Assembly (NCBI RefSeq): GCF_009914755.1
Contig: NC_060926.1
Length of the DNA: 64,000 nt
From: the human T2T-CHM13v2.0 reference genome, Homo sapiens
Strand: one strand, 5' to 3'
Below, one piece after another: positions 46,103-63,250 of the stretch. A program made the position numbers and the translations under genes. Numbering within the stretch: position 1 is the first letter of the stretch; every line of letters begins with the position of its first letter. The notes under the pieces are model-generated. The model saw nothing but the letters and a program-made list of their open reading frames with translations, ran no database searches and was not told the origin of the DNA.

Positions 46103-49100
46103 GGTCGGCCGGGCTGGGGCGGTCCGGCTGTCCGTTGCGCTAGGCTCCGCAAACGCCTGGGCCCCAGTGCTCGGCTCCCAATCCGGGCCCCCAGCCTTGG
46201 ACCCGCCCCCGGCTCTGGGCCCGAGTCCCGTGTGCCCCTCCTCCTGCGCCCCCACCTCTCCACCCCGGGCCGCGGTGGATCTGGAGCTCCTAGATGTCCG
46301 GGGAGGGTATTTCTACAGGCTGGGGCAGGCGCGGAGAGCAGAAGCCGACCAAACTACCCACCAGAGCAGGGCCACGGGGCTGCTCCGCGCTGCGGGGCGC
46401 TGCACCGTGCACAGTCAGGCCGGGCCATACCTCCAGACGCTGTATGCCGCCGACTCCCCGCCTAGCCGCCGCTCCGGCTCATAAACTAGTAGACGATAAA
46501 ATTGCCTTCTCTGGCCCCAGCGGCTGGGGATTTGCAAAGTTCTGAGGAAGGCTATCAGGGCTGACTGTGCTGGGATCTCTGATCCCAGCTAGGACCTCAG
46601 TCTCCTAACCTGGCTCCCTCTTCCCCACCCCACCCCTGAGAAACGTTGTTTCTGGTCCTGACGGCTGGAAGTGATTAGTGCTGCATGGGTCGGGGGCGCA
46701 ACACTTGGGAGGACCTGGCCTGGCGGAGCGACTGCAACTGGGAATAGTGGGGATGCCACGAAGAAGCAAGCACAGGTGAATGGACCCGAGGCTGCCCCAC
46801 CTGACGAAATCAGAACACACAGAGAAGCTGCCGGGAGACCCGGGCCGCAGGAGAGAAGACCCAGGGAACTCCCAGCTGGTGCAACTGCCCAGGAGGGGTC
46901 TTTGTCAGTGAGGACTGGCAAAATCAGTCGATTTTGTCTGTCTTTATCTTCTTTTTATTAAGCTCCCATAGTTCAGGTATGTATGGTTTCCCCAGCCTGC
47001 AGAGGCTCAGAAACTGCCAAGGGGAGCAAGGTGCCCTGACCAGAGAGGGGTCACTCCCCATAGAAGAGAGACTTGAAGGGCAGACTTCACGGACCCAGCT
47101 GGATCTTGGGACATTCCTGACAACCCAGGTACTAACTGTGAGGCCTGGTATACTCATTCCTATTTAATCTGGGCCCTTTTTATCTGCCACACTTATTCTG
47201 GTTCTGGGCTCATACCTGGGTAAGCACCCACAGCCCTCCTTTGTAGGAAGAAGGCAGCTCAGGGACAGTGGGGCCTCAGCAGTTGAGGCCCAGCAGGGTA
47301 TGGGTTTTGTTCCTACATTCCACCCCAAACAGCTGGAGGATTCACACCTTAGAGCAGGGAAGCCCTGCCACTCCTGAGGAGCTTGCTGCTTTGCTGCCCA
47401 GGGAAGTCAGAAACTGATGTGCTTCTAGCTTTTTAAAACAGTGTCAGGAAAAACCAGGCCAGTCCCTCCTGGACTGTCCATTATGTCACTTTCCTTGTAG
47501 ACCCCTGCATCTCCCACCATCTGTGCAGTGTCCACCTGTCTATTCCCTGGGGCAACTGCTGCATGCAATTGGGGTTCCCTAAACAGGGCTTAGGAGATCC
47601 AAGGCACCTGGGCCAAAGACTCCTTGACAAAGATGGGAAGGCACCTTGATAGGGTCTTCTTGGTAAAGGGCTCACTCCAACAACCCCCCTCCCCCACCCG
47701 CAACATTCACATAATGCCCTCCTGGAAAGCTGAGCAACACACTTAAAGGCTGATGGGCCACTGCTGGATCAAAGAGCAGAGCCAGGCCATGGTGGAAAGC
47801 TGAGCTGCCTCAGGACGTTGTTAAATGGTTATTAATGGTGAGGGGCAGGGGAGGGCCTGGAGAGATCTTCGGGCTACAGGCCTCAGCCCTGGAAACCATC
47901 CTAGTGGTTTCACTTAATGTGCAATAAAGCAGCTCTCTGGAGGCAGCAGGAACTGCCCCACTGCATCCCAGGCATATCACCAAGCAGATGCTGCAACCTT
48001 CACTCATGCATCCTCTATGTGGCTTTTGTGTCTGTCTCTACCTCTGCTCTCAATTACTTACGTGTGTCTGTGAGGAGTGTGGAGCTCTGCTGATGGGCCT
48101 GTGCCTCACAGCCCCTTCCATCTCTCCCGCCTAGTTCTCCCCTCTGCAGCTGGGCTCAGGTACTGGGATTGGACAGCTCCTAAACATGAGTTTGGGGGAG
48201 GAGATGGAAGTGGAGAGTAGCAAAGGGAGGAGGCCCAGGACAGCAGAGGCCCCTCTAAGGTCGTCAAAGCGGCCAGGGACTAGTCCAGGGGATCGTGGGG
48301 CCACAGAAGGGGACTTTTCTCAGTACTGGAACTCGAGCTGGGGCGAAATCGGATCCACAGAGAGGGGTAGGAGGGTGAGTGATTAATGAGGAAGATTAAG
48401 AGATTAAAACTTGTTCTGGGTTGGGGAGGGGACACTCACTCGGCTGTCCTATAGGTTACCCCCCACCCCAGCTTGGAAGCACAGAAGCTCCTGGGTGCTC
48501 GCCTCTTCCCACCCGCGGGTAGAACCCTCCCTGTTCACGATCCTTCTCAAGAGATGCACGGAGGCCAGCCTTCACCGCTGGCCCCGCGGGGCCAACGGTT
48601 TTCCTTTTCAGGCAGTCTCTTGTGTTTCCCACCTTCTCAGATTCCTTTGATTGTCCATTCAGACATTTCGGGGCCCTGCGCTCCCTCCCCTTGTAGAGAT
48701 CCCCACATTCCAAATTCGCTGTCTTGGGAAGGCACCCCATTCCCGCTTAAGGATGCTTCCTCACACCTCCCCTTTCAGATTTCCCATTCTCACCCCTCAG
48801 CCCTACCCCCACCTTATCTTGCACCCACACACCCCATCGGCGGGTTCCTCCACCCCGGGCCGCCCCCGCTCGACCCCGTTCCCCACTGGTGGCACGGAGG
48901 CCTGCTCAATAAACGACCCTTAGTCTCGGATTGCCGGCCCGGACATTCCACTGAATTCTGTGAATGTGTAGCAGGGTTGGAGGACCCTCGGAATAACCCC
49001 CTTGGGGAGGTGGACAAGGACAATCTCAGCGAAGAGCTTGCTCCCCTCCTCCCCACCCTTAGGAAACGTCCGTGAACCGGAGTGAGAGGGCAGTGGGAGT

Positions 49101-49231
49101 TCAGGGAGCAAAGTCCAGGCGGAGGAGCGTGAGGCGGGGCTTCCGTCCGTCCCGCACACTTCTGGGATTGTTTTCTCTTTCAGAAAGCGCTACTGCGGAG
49201 TGAACCGGTCCTTATATCTTAGTTTCGTGAC

Positions 49232-49424
49232 TTTGGGGGCGGCAGGCCTGTGAGTTGTTTTCCGCCCTGGACGCTGTTTTGCAAAGATCTCTGCGCGCCC
49301 ACCGCCACCCTCCCGGGCGTGCGGGCCGGGAAGCAGCCAGCGGTGGGAAACTCCGACGCCCTCCTCGACACTTTTCTCCCCCCAACTCCCCAAGACTCAC
49401 TTCTAGGGAAGTCCTTTTTCCCAT
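49232..49424 (-). CDS. LBX2: Alternative upstream first coding exon of LBX2 (194-aa isoform)
   Basis: ATG at 49424 (MGKRTSLEVSLGELGG...ACRPQ) with phase-1 donor A|gtcacg at 49232. Joins the homeobox exon (44883) in frame: 193+392=585 nt. Matches my recollection of an annotated isoform; the donor is weak. Confidence 0.65.
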
Positions 49425-51622
49425 CAAGCCCTGGGAAAGACTGGCCAGGCTGAGAGAGGGACCCGTCCTCCTCTGTGCCAAAGGCGGGAGCAAATCCTGG
49501 TGCTGTCGCCTTTGGATGTGAGTCCTGGAAATGGCGGGGGTGAGGAAGGTGGGCAGGGGCAAGGTTTGGCCCTCAGGCGAGAACCGACGCCTTGTCCCGG
49601 AAGCGCAGCACGGCCGAGTGCGTCCGGGGGTGCAGACGGCGCCCTGGGGTGGTCCTGCCGCCACCTCTCCTTTGACTCAGGAGCGCCGCGCCGCGTCCGG
49701 GCGCGTTCTCAGTCGCGCGAAGCCAGAGAGGACCCTGGGCGTGATTCTCCCTCCCTGGCACAGACGGAGACCCGAGTGACCCCGGGGTCCGGGTGGGCGT
49801 GGGGAATGGACCCATAGACCCGGGACGAGCGGCGCGGAGCCCGCAGCTGGCCAGCTTCAGCCACCTTGGGAGACGCAGTGCAGCTGCCGCTGCTGACAGA
49901 CAAGACCAAGGCTCGGCTGGGCCCCACCCCAGATCCGGCCTGAGCGCCTTCCGCGCTGCTCGGCCTCAAGGCGTGAGTCACCAAGGGCAAGTCCCGTGAC
50001 TTGGTCCTCAGGGTCTCCGGCCTCGGCACATTAATCTTCAGACCCGGCTTTTTCGACGCCGAGCTGCCGCCCAGCCCCAATGGCAGGGCCTTCCAGGGAG
50101 TCCCAGTCAGACTGCTCCCCAGCTCCCGCAGCTGCTCGGTCCCTGCAAAGCCCCCGGGAGCGTTTCTACTCTCCCCTGAGCCCACGCCATCCCGTCACTC
50201 CTAGGAAACTTTTCGCGCAGAAACTCCTGGAGAACAGCCCCGGCCGCCAGGTACTCGCCCGCCCGGACCGCAAAGCCCACAGAGCTTCAATTCGCAGGAA
50301 GGGGAGTGGGGAGCCCTGAGCTGGGGTGTTCCTGGAAGAGGTCGGGGAGCGGGGGGAGAGGCATTCCAGGCTGGAGGCCTGGAAACGTTTGGAAGCTTTG
50401 CTAACCTTGGAGACCATGTCAGGAAAGAAGCGTACCCAGGCCGTCTGCTGTGTGCCCACCCCGATCCCCATCAGTGCCCCACGCACTCGAGCTCTTCTTC
50501 GGCGTCTGCAGCCTCTTCATCCGCGCGGAGAGGCGGAGGTCTCCCGGAAACAGTGTCCGACTGTGGCACCCCAGAGCGTCCAATGCGAGCTCAGGCCTTT
50601 CCCGCAAGTCTGGAGTTTTCTTATCCAGTTGAGGCCGCCTTCGCTGTACTCACTCTCTGCCTCCCACCCCATCTTCTGCCACCCGACCTCCATCTTTGAT
50701 GGTTAGCGCCTTCAGCCCTCAACAGCTTCGCACAACCAACCCCTAGAAGCCGTGGAGTCAGACCGGCCAGGGTGGGACCTAGGTTTTAACTCGGGTTCTG
50801 GCTACACACGCTGCGCCTCCATACAGTTTGTCCCAGGTTTGGCAGCAGGCCGGCTACCTTCAGGAATTCTTTGCTTTGGCTTCTGTCTGTTCCTGTCTGT
50901 TGGGCAAGTTTCTAGCTACCCCACTGAGAGAACCATAGAACAAGGACCCTGGCATGGCATACAGACAAGGAATGTTTGCTGAATTAATGGAGCTGGTGCC
51001 TTGCAGCTTCCCTTTTGTTCCTTGAAGTTGCCCTTGCTCTCCTCCACATCAGCTCCCTCTCCTCCTCAGCTACTTATTCCCCACCCTGGCTTCTTCTAGT
51101 CGCAGTCCCCAAGTACTTGCTGAATCCTGTATGGACAGCCTAAGCCTCCATTTCTGACAATTCCTGTGGCCCCACTCCATTTGTTTTTTAGACTTCTCCC
51201 TCCTTTTTGTCCCCATCCCCCAAGTTATAAAACTATAATGCAATTCTTTGGATTTTTCTTTAAAAAATCACACTTGTTCAATCCTGCAGCAGCCACTGTC
51301 CAACTCTAGCCTTCTCACCACCGCTGAATTAGGAAACCTCCTAAGAGGCCCGCACCCGCACTGTATGCTGCAGCATACAAAGACAGCTGAGAGCTCCCCT
51401 CCAGGAAACCTTCCCATCACCAAAAAGAGTGGTGTGGGAGGCCTGGTTTCACACATATAGGGATCCTCTACCCTTCTCCTTTGGCAAGACATTGAGGGCC
51501 CATGGCCATAGAGGACAGGCCCTTCTTCACAATGAAACTCAGAGGATTTTTGAAGAAGGCAGGACACAGCATGAGTGTGAGGCAGGAAGAATAAGGCAGA
51601 AGAGAGGTGCTTTTTAAAAGTT

Positions 51623-51628
51623 TTTATT
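51623..51628 (-). terminator. PCGF1 poly(A) signal
   Basis: TTTATT on + strand about 80 nt after the PCGF1 stop. Confidence 0.75.
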
Positions 51629-51707
51629 TCAAAAAATAAAGCTGCAGTTCATTTCACATAAATATCTGGGGAGGGAAGGGGAGTGGGATGGGGTGGGGGC
51701 TTGGCCC

Positions 51708-54233
<2,526 letters not shown>

Positions 54234-55599
54234 CTTAAAGGCTGATCCCAGCCGGCCACTTCCGGTGCCGCCTGCAGGGCGGGACTTGTCTCCCAGCAAC
54301 GAGGTTCTAGGTCTTTTCGGATTCGCTCACCCTCTGTAAGGCCCCGCCCACGTCCCTTTCTCCCTGTGTGCTCACCTGAGCCCCACCGGCCCCTCCCCTG
54401 CTCAATCCGTAATTAAGGAGTGGGGGGGGGGGAGCACAGGGAAGGGTCTTATCTCTTCAACCTCCTGTAGAAATCATCATAATAGGCCCTACGCGACCTC
54501 AAGACTAACTTTCGGAGCCTGCGAAAGACTGCCCCCTCCTACCCCCAAAGGCCTGGCAGTCTGTGCCCGCTACCCGCTCAGGGTCGTCGGTCTTCTGTGA
54601 CGACGACCCTGCTGAAGAAGCCCCTCCTGGGTCCTCTCCTCGTAATGCCGCCCTGTCGGCGTCCGCGTAGCGGAGCTTCGTCCAGATGGCGGGTCTTCTC
54701 CCGGCTTCACGGAGGGAGTTTCTTGGGCTTTGCAGAGTCTCGGAGAGGGTGCCGGGGGATGGGGAGTGAGAGACCCCCAGGGACTTGGTAGTGATCTTAT
54801 TCCCCCATTCTCCCCCCTGCTGCCGGGGATGGGGGGGGCAGGCCCTGGTTAATGATGATGATTTAATCATCGGCGCCTGCGGAGGCCTGGGACAGACTAA
54901 TGCAGAGCAGATGCCGAAGGAGGAGGGGAGGACGACTAGGACACTGCCACACACAGACAGGCTTAGGCAGCGAGCGCCTGTAGTAGCATAGGCCCAGTCC
55001 CGCACTTGGGGACTACGCGGGGTGCTCGCTCGAGAGCTCTACACCGCCGGCCCTGGGTACTTAAAAAGGGATAAATTTGCTATGAGGTATTAACATCAAA
55101 TGCAACTGGAGATACGAGAAGGGAGAGATTCCAATGGAGACCTCAAAAAAGGCTTTCTGGAGAAAGTGGGACTTTGGGCACAATTTAGACTTGGGGGAGG
55201 GGGTGGAAGTGTGGTGAAATAGAAAGGACGTGGAGGGGAATGACCAGAGGACAGGAAGGTCAAGATGTAGATTTGAGAGTGGTAATAGAAAAAGCAGGGC
55301 CATAAAGAGTTGCGATTTTTAGCCTGAGGGCAATTGGGAGCTAGCGGACTTTTTTGAAGGGAGGTTATCCTGTGAAAGCGACATTTTTGTTCATTTCTCT
55401 TCAGAGTGAATTGAAGTGAATATGCAGCAAGAAGTTATGAGATTAGTGATTAATCAATTATTCGTTACAGCCCCTGTTTACCTACTTCCCTGGTCCGAGC
55501 CACTATCATCTGTCCTCTGTAGTGGCCTCTTGACTGTTTTCCTTGAGTCCCCCTTCGCCTGTTCTCAACATCACAGTTGAGTGCTGTTTCTCAGAGCTA

Positions 55600-55790
55600 G
55601 TGATTCTGATAAAACATGAAACACAAAGGACAAAGGACAATTTTTGAGATGTGGATATGTTTATTATTTTTATGGTGATGATGGTATCATGGGTATATAC
55701 ATATGTCAAAACTTATCAAATTGTACACTTCAAATATTTGCAGTTTATATGTCCATTATACTTCAAGAAAGCTATTAAAAATAAAGTTGA
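55600..55790 (+). mobile_element. Ancient L1M 3'-end fragment
   Basis: ...gggtatatacatatgtcaaaacttatcaaattgtacacttcaaatat...ttatacttcaagaaagc matches my recollection of the L1M 3' terminus. Confidence 0.7.
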
Positions 55791-56605
55791 AAAATTAGGT
55801 TGTTCCTTTTTTACGTTTAAAACCTGTTGAGAGCTTCCCTTTTCAATCAGAATGAAAGTCAAAGTCTCAGAGTGGTGTGCAAGGGCCTGCATAGTCTCTT
55901 CAGATACACCAGGATATCCTTCCACTGTGTCCCCAACTTGAAATGCTTAGGTATCCAAAATGGCTCCCTCCTTCTTTCAGGTCTTTACTCATGAGGCTGC
56001 TGTAATCACTCTAGATGAATAACAACTCACCCACCCTTTCACTTCCTTGCTCTTTTTTTTCTGGTTAGCACTTATTAGCATTCTATCATTTATTATTATT
56101 TAATATACATTTCTAATATATATTATATTTTCTAGTTATTTTCAGAAAATATTTTCTAGAAAACATATTTCCTAGTTTTTCATCTGCCTTTTCCACTAGA
56201 CTATAAGCTTCTCAGTGGCAAGGATTTTTTTTCCTCTGTTGTGTTCACAGATATAGCTCCAGTGCCAGGTGCATAGTTGGTGTTCAATAAAACTTTTCTG
56301 GATGAATACATGAATGAATCCAAGTGGTGGTGATGACAGCCTCGATTAGGGTTTTAGCAATGGCAATGGAAAGGAAGGGCTGTATCTGAAACAGTTCAAA
56401 GGAAAGTATAATAGGAGGAAGTAGCCAGGAACCTGGCTTGGTAGGCCTGGGTAAGAGGGTGAATGAAGAGCTTTGGAGGGAAGCATGTCCTCCAGCCTGC
56501 TGGACTTAAGGTGGCTGCAGGGAAGCAGGGGGAGCTTGTCAGAAGGCTAGGAGAGTGAGCGGTGGGGCTGGAGTGTCAGAACAAGGGATGGAGGTCTCAG
56601 AGTTA

Positions 56606-59305
<2,700 letters not shown>

Positions 59306-59679
59306 GGTTGACACATATTAATGCCCACTATTCCTCCCACTGCCCTCTGTCCCATTTATGGTTCACCTCCTCTAGATATAAGGCTTCAGAGAACACTGAA
59401 GGGCTGGTGGACAGAGCTCACCCTTCTTTCTCTTCTTTATCTTTCTGCCCAGATGCCCAAATATCATTCCTGGTTCCCAGGGGAGAAAAGACCCCTTCAC
59501 CCTGCCCCAGGCACCAGGCTGCCAGCCCATCTGCTGGGGAGAAAGGAGGGGGCAGAGTCTTTCCCAGGGGATCCTGGAGAATCAGTTTGAAGATCAGTGC
59601 TCCCAGGGAGATCCAGCTAGTAGACTTACAAGGCATTTCGGTTCACACGGGAACCAGCAGGATGGAGCTGAACAGCGGG

Positions 59680-62600
59680 GTGGGCTCGGGACGAGGGTAG
59701 AGGGCTGGCACAGCAGGGTAAGGTCCTTTGGCCACCACGTGTCAGAGGTAGGCTGAGCTGCTCGTTGGTGCCCACCCGCCACCGCCACCGCAGGATGGTA
59801 GAAGCGCCCCCCTCTCTGAGCCCAGTCTCACCGGCTCAGAGGCGCCAGGGCCCCCCCGGGGGCCGGGGCGGGCCGGGGAAGGTAATGTAATTCCGGCCCA
59901 GCTAACCCGATTACCGCGGCCTGCACCGGGCAGGGCGGCGGCGGGGGCGGGTCTAAGGCTCAGGGGCCCGCCCGCGGGGGTCCCATCCCCGGGAAGGACG
60001 CAGAGTTCACGCACTCCCGGCTCCTGGATTCATGGCCAGAGGTCACAAGGTCACCAAGCGGCTTAGGTCTTTCCCCACCTCCCTTCTCTGACAGCTCCAG
60101 GCCATTTTTTGAGTTTGGGTGGGGTAAAATGTTTATGGGAAACAAGGCGGCCAGGATCCAACCAAGGCCTCAGTGAGGTCCCACGTGTCCCCCGTGGCGA
60201 GATTTCGCCCTCCCGCCGTTGAGGAGGAAGAGTGTGAGAACAGACTTCCTAGGCACAGAATGGAGGGGCAGAGTCCTGCATTGAGGACTCCCTGCACTTG
60301 GGGTCCGGGGGTAAGTGCCAGCCCCAAGAACCCGCCGGCCTGATTTGGCCCGGGTTGAGCCATGGTCCGTTTTACACGGATTTTGGAAAATCGAAATTTT
60401 AGGAAACACAGGACACCAATTACCGGTGCGCATGAACAGGGCTGGGGGGACCTACAGGAGAGGCCAGAAGGCGCACCACGATCGCCAGCCCAAAGCGGCC
60501 GTTCCCCGCCCTTAGCCCCTGCCGTCCCCTTCCCACACCTGTTCTCTTCCTGGGCCTGCAGCTCACCGGGCGCCGTTCCCCAGCCGCTTCTTACGCAGCC
60601 GGGAAACCACAACGAGATTTGGTCTTCGAGAGCATTTAGGCGGGGACCACAACGAATCCGGGAGTTGGCCAGAAGGATCCATCGAGAGGCGAAGAGTGGG
60701 GGCTGGGGGAGGAGGCACCTGCGGAGGAAGCCGGTGAGGCGGAGGCAGCCCAAAGGCGGAGGCCGCCCAAAGGCGGAGGCCAGCAAGGATGGAGGCGCGG
60801 TGAGCATCTCCGCTGACTCAGCGGCCCATGCTCGGGCCCCTCCCGCGCTGAGCCTGGCTCCTAACACCCTGGCCCCCTGTCCCCCTCCCCGCACATCTCC
60901 GCCAGCCAGCCTTCCCCCTGCGCTTGGCGCAAACAGGCGTCCCTTCCCCTTTAACTGCTGGGCCCCGCCCCTGCCCTACCCCCAGCCCCCACTACCCACC
61001 CGGGCCGATCCGTCAGTCACTGCCCCAGCCGGAGCTGGCCAACCCTCTCCACCCGGGACTTGGGCAGCGGCGCCGGCAGCCCAGCGTCTATTTGCGCTTA
61101 AGAGCCAGCAAGGAAGCTCCAGGGGCCCCAGCTGGCCGTGCTCCCCCGGGATGCAAGTCCCTGCGCTGACGCCCGGCAGCGGCTGGCACGGGCGCGGCTG
61201 CTCCGGGTGCACAGGGATGCTGCTGTTTCGGGGACCCCGGCGCCCTGCCTTGGCCAGCCCCGCGGGCCCCTGAGGCCACTCTCCGGAGCGCGCCGCCGCT
61301 GGGCTTCTGGCGCTGCCTGAGGCATCCTCCCCAACCACCGAACCTCCGGCGGTTCTCCTCGGCCCAGACCGATGGAGCCGGGGATGCTGGGTCCACACAA
61401 CCTCCCACACCACGAGCCAATCAGCTTCGGCATCGATCAGATCCTGAGCGGCCCCGAAACCCCAGGGGGCGGTCTAGGCCTGGGTCGCGGGGGCCAGGGT
61501 CATGGGGAGAATGGGGCGTTCTCGGGTGGATACCACGGAGCCTCGGGCTACGGTCCCGCCGGCTCACTTGCCCCGCTGCCCGGCAGCTCCGGAGTGGGCC
61601 CAGGCGGCGTGATCCGCGTCCCTGCGCACCGCCCGCTGCCTGTGCCGCCGCCCGCTGGGGGGGCGCCTGCAGTGCCTGGGCCCTCGGGTTTGGGCGGCGC
61701 CGGAGGCCTAGCGGGACTCACCTTCCCCTGGATGGACAGCGGCCGCCGCTTTGCCAAGGACCGGCTCACGGGTGAGGTTGTCTGACCCCTCCAGCGTCAC
61801 GCCCGACTCTGACCCCGTCTCCTCATTTCTTAGCTTTCTGCTCCAACTCAAGGACCCCTTTCACACCTCCCACTAGATCCTCCCAGGGGATCCTCCCCCA
61901 ACTCAAATCTCTGGGTCCTGCCTCCGAGAGGTGATGGGGAGGGAGCTGCCGTCGGTGCCCGCGCCCTCCTCTGTAGTCCCACTGTCCACGCGTGGGGAGG
62001 GGAGGGTGAAGTTACAGGGGACGTCTCCCTCGCATCCCAGGGGAAGGGCCTTTCTTGGCTATAGGGCTCGGCTGATGCTTAGGGCCCGGGTAAGGACAGG
62101 GCGCGGGAGTTCTGCGGCCTGGACAGCCGCGCGGCCTTCTCAGTGGCACCTCGGGCCACCCTGCAAATCCTGCCCTGGTCTTTCTTCCTCCCGGTAGCTG
62201 CGCTCTCGCCCTTCTCTGGGACGCGCCGCATAGGCCACCCCTACCAAAACCGGACCCCTCCGAAGCGGAAGAAGCCGCGCACGTCCTTCTCCCGCTCACA
62301 GGTGCTGGAGTTGGAGCGGCGCTTCCTGCGCCAGAAGTACCTGGCCTCTGCGGAGAGGGCGGCGCTGGCCAAGGCCTTGCGCATGACCGACGCACAGGTC
62401 AAAACGTGGTTCCAGAACCGACGCACCAAGTGGCGGTGAGGCGCGGCGCGGGCGAGGGCGGACTGGGGTTCCCGAGCAGGGCCTGGTGAGAAGCGACGCG
62501 GCGGGCGCCCCGCTGACCCCGCGTCTCCCTCCCTTAGGCGCCAGACGGCGGAGGAGCGCGAGGCCGAGCGGCACCGCGCGGGCCGGCTGCTCCTGCATCT

Positions 62601-63250
62601 GCAGCAGGACGCGTTGCCACGGCCGCTGCGGCCGCCGCTGCCCCCGGACCCTCTCTGCCTGCACAACTCGTCGCTCTTCGCGCTGCAGAACCTGCAGCCC
62701 TGGGCCGAGGACAACAAAGTGGCTTCAGTGTCCGGGCTCGCCTCGGTGGTGTGAGCGACGCCCGTCCGATCGGCGTGGAGCGCCGGGCCCGGAGCGGTGG
62801 AGCGCGCGGCTGCCTGCGTCCATGGTCTAGTGGCAGCCGGGCGCGTGAGGAGCGGCAGGCCTTGAGGCTGTCGTCGAGGGCTCCTCCACCACCGGCCGGC
62901 TCCCAAGCCAGCGTTGCGCAGATGCACGGCCAGCTCAGAGGCGGCCTTTCCCGCCATTTTTCACTTCACTGCCGTTACGCCCTCGCTGGAACCTGAGGCG
63001 CCGAGAGGGCGGGACCTGCAGGACAGTAGCCAATGAGGTGCGGGGAGGGGGCCGGGCTGGCCAATGGGAGCTGCTTTCCTGAGGGACTCGAAATTCTCCG
63101 GCGGGTGGTCGGGAGCTGGGGCTCTGAGGGGCTCTAGCGGCGTTGCGCGCGGTGCCGGCTGGGTCTGTACCAAAGGTGTGAAGGAAAGAAGACACCGACC
63201 ACGGCGAAGCAATAGAGGGGGTGCTGGAGCGCGAGAGGCTGGCTGATTGT
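59680..63250. promoter_or_regulatory. Large TLX2 CpG island
   Basis: About 3.5 kb of GC/CpG-rich, Alu-free sequence covering upstream region, gene body and proximal 3' UTR. Confidence 0.8.
61372..62754 (+). CDS. TLX2: T-cell leukemia homeobox 2 (HOX11L1/NCX), 284 aa
   Basis: Exons 61372-61771, 62198-62435, 62538-62754, total 855 nt. eh1 FGIDQIL, PBX-binding [26 protein letters not shown] homeodomain with Thr47 (VKTWFQNRR). Confidence 0.98.

Larger units (their letters stand above)
49180..51660 (+). ncRNA. LBX2-AS1: Probable LBX2 antisense lncRNA (ends approximate)
   Basis: Known locus order places it between LBX2 and the PCGF1 3' end. CpG island, good + strand acceptor ttttctctttcag ending 49183, candidate signals TATAAA 51226-51231 and AATAAA 51635-51640, no convincing ORF. 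Confidence 0.55.

Noticed and set aside
49500-50982. Short ORFs within LBX2-AS1 as micropeptides
   Set aside because: No recognisable motif and mostly non-ATG starts; unsupported without Ribo-seq.
54679-54692. CTCF-like motif CGTCCAGATGGCGG (similar near 54530 and 59805)
   Set aside because: Two or more mismatches to the core; needs a PWM scan and ChIP data.
56085-56180. Overlapping AT-rich palindromes such as AGAAAATATTTTCT
   Set aside because: Low-complexity tract in an old repeat where short palindromes are expected.
60133-61433. Long overlapping ORFs (253 aa, 303 aa) upstream of TLX2
   Set aside because: Stop-poor GC-rich CpG island, Pro/Ala/Gly/Arg-biased, mostly non-ATG starts, no recognisable domain.
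62241-62957. 238-aa minus-strand ORF over TLX2
   Set aside because: Antisense shadow of GC-rich exons that also runs through an intron.
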